Below are positions 63,520-64,000 of a DNA stretch of 64,000 nucleotides, in pieces. Numbering within the stretch: the first letter of the stretch is position 1; each line of letters starts with the position of its first letter. The notes under the pieces were generated by a model. That model made no database searches. It was not told the origin of the DNA and saw only the letters and a program-made list of their open reading frames with translations. The DNA comes from Octopus vulgaris (lineage: Eukaryota), in NCBI GenBank assembly GCA_951406725.2, contig OX597814.1, positions 110,050,001 through 110,114,000 of the forward strand, given 5' to 3'. Position numbers and translations under genes: made by a program.

Positions 63520-64000
63520 TGAGTGAGACAGCAGTGCACGCCATCAAAGTGACACTGGGGTAAAATATACGAAGCCCAGTATACCCATCATGACTACTCG
63601 TCTGATAAGGGTACACCAGGCACATGCATCACAACCATATGTGTGCGACATAGTGATCTCATATCAAGATAAACAGCACATGACCTTGCAGGTGGGGCCC
63701 AGTTAGAATTTTCTTCAGGTTGAGTAGCCCACCTCACTCAAAAGGTCCCTGAATAAGGTTTGTTTAAAGGATATTGATAATTCAACCATTTTTCCAAAGG
63801 TGAATTATTCAAACCCCAAAGAATCCCTCTCAACACATGGTTATGATGCTCCCCCACTACTTCTACTCGTGATCAGAGATGCACATATCGTCAGCCACTA
63901 AGGGACATGCTCAACTGGTTAAAATCAAACAACTGACAAGCAAATCTGTGGTATTGAGCAGAATATTTGCTGTAGCCCATCTTTTATACCAAGACAAAAC
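63520..64000 (-). mobile_element. TAA-tailed non-LTR 3' repeat, running off the window
   Basis: Ends ...GCACTGCTGTCTCACTCAATAATAAT; fragments also occur at 11500-11750, 30405-30420 and 59757-59892. Confidence 0.7.

Overview
AT-rich, microsatellite-dense animal DNA whose repeat content points to a coleoid cephalopod (Octopus-like); the taxon is inferred from repeat families only. No complete host protein-coding gene can be supported. Nearly all ORFs in the track are simple-repeat or transposon artefacts. The window is dominated by: (i) tRNA-headed SINEs (Meta-domain-like, CORE-like and others); (ii) RTE-LINE 3' fragments with (GAT)n tails; (iii) at least 11 5'-truncated R4/Dong-type RLE retrotransposon fragments, all sitting in (TAA)n tracts; (iv) a decayed CR1-clade LINE, decayed hAT and Tc1/mariner transposases, mariner/piggyBac/pogo-like MITEs and a non-autonomous Helitron; (v) many long inverted repeats. 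A CpG-retaining domain (~35.6-46 kb) holds a probable + strand promoter region with three splice donors and short upstream ORFs. Weak - strand exon candidates and an RFX X-box lie to its left. The most interesting signal is a set of unrelated short repeats that each carry a minimal type I hammerhead-ribozyme fold (CUGANGA, an extra A, stem II, GAAA, palindromic helix III), best preserved at 49078-49138 and 29619-29654, consistent with Penelope-like/retrozyme elements. Other items of note are a ~345-bp-arm foldback with outward-facing telomeric seeds, a G-U-biased 71-bp hairpin, and homotypic AP-1 and CRE clusters built by repeats. All coordinates were read by eye, and repeat boundaries are approximate.
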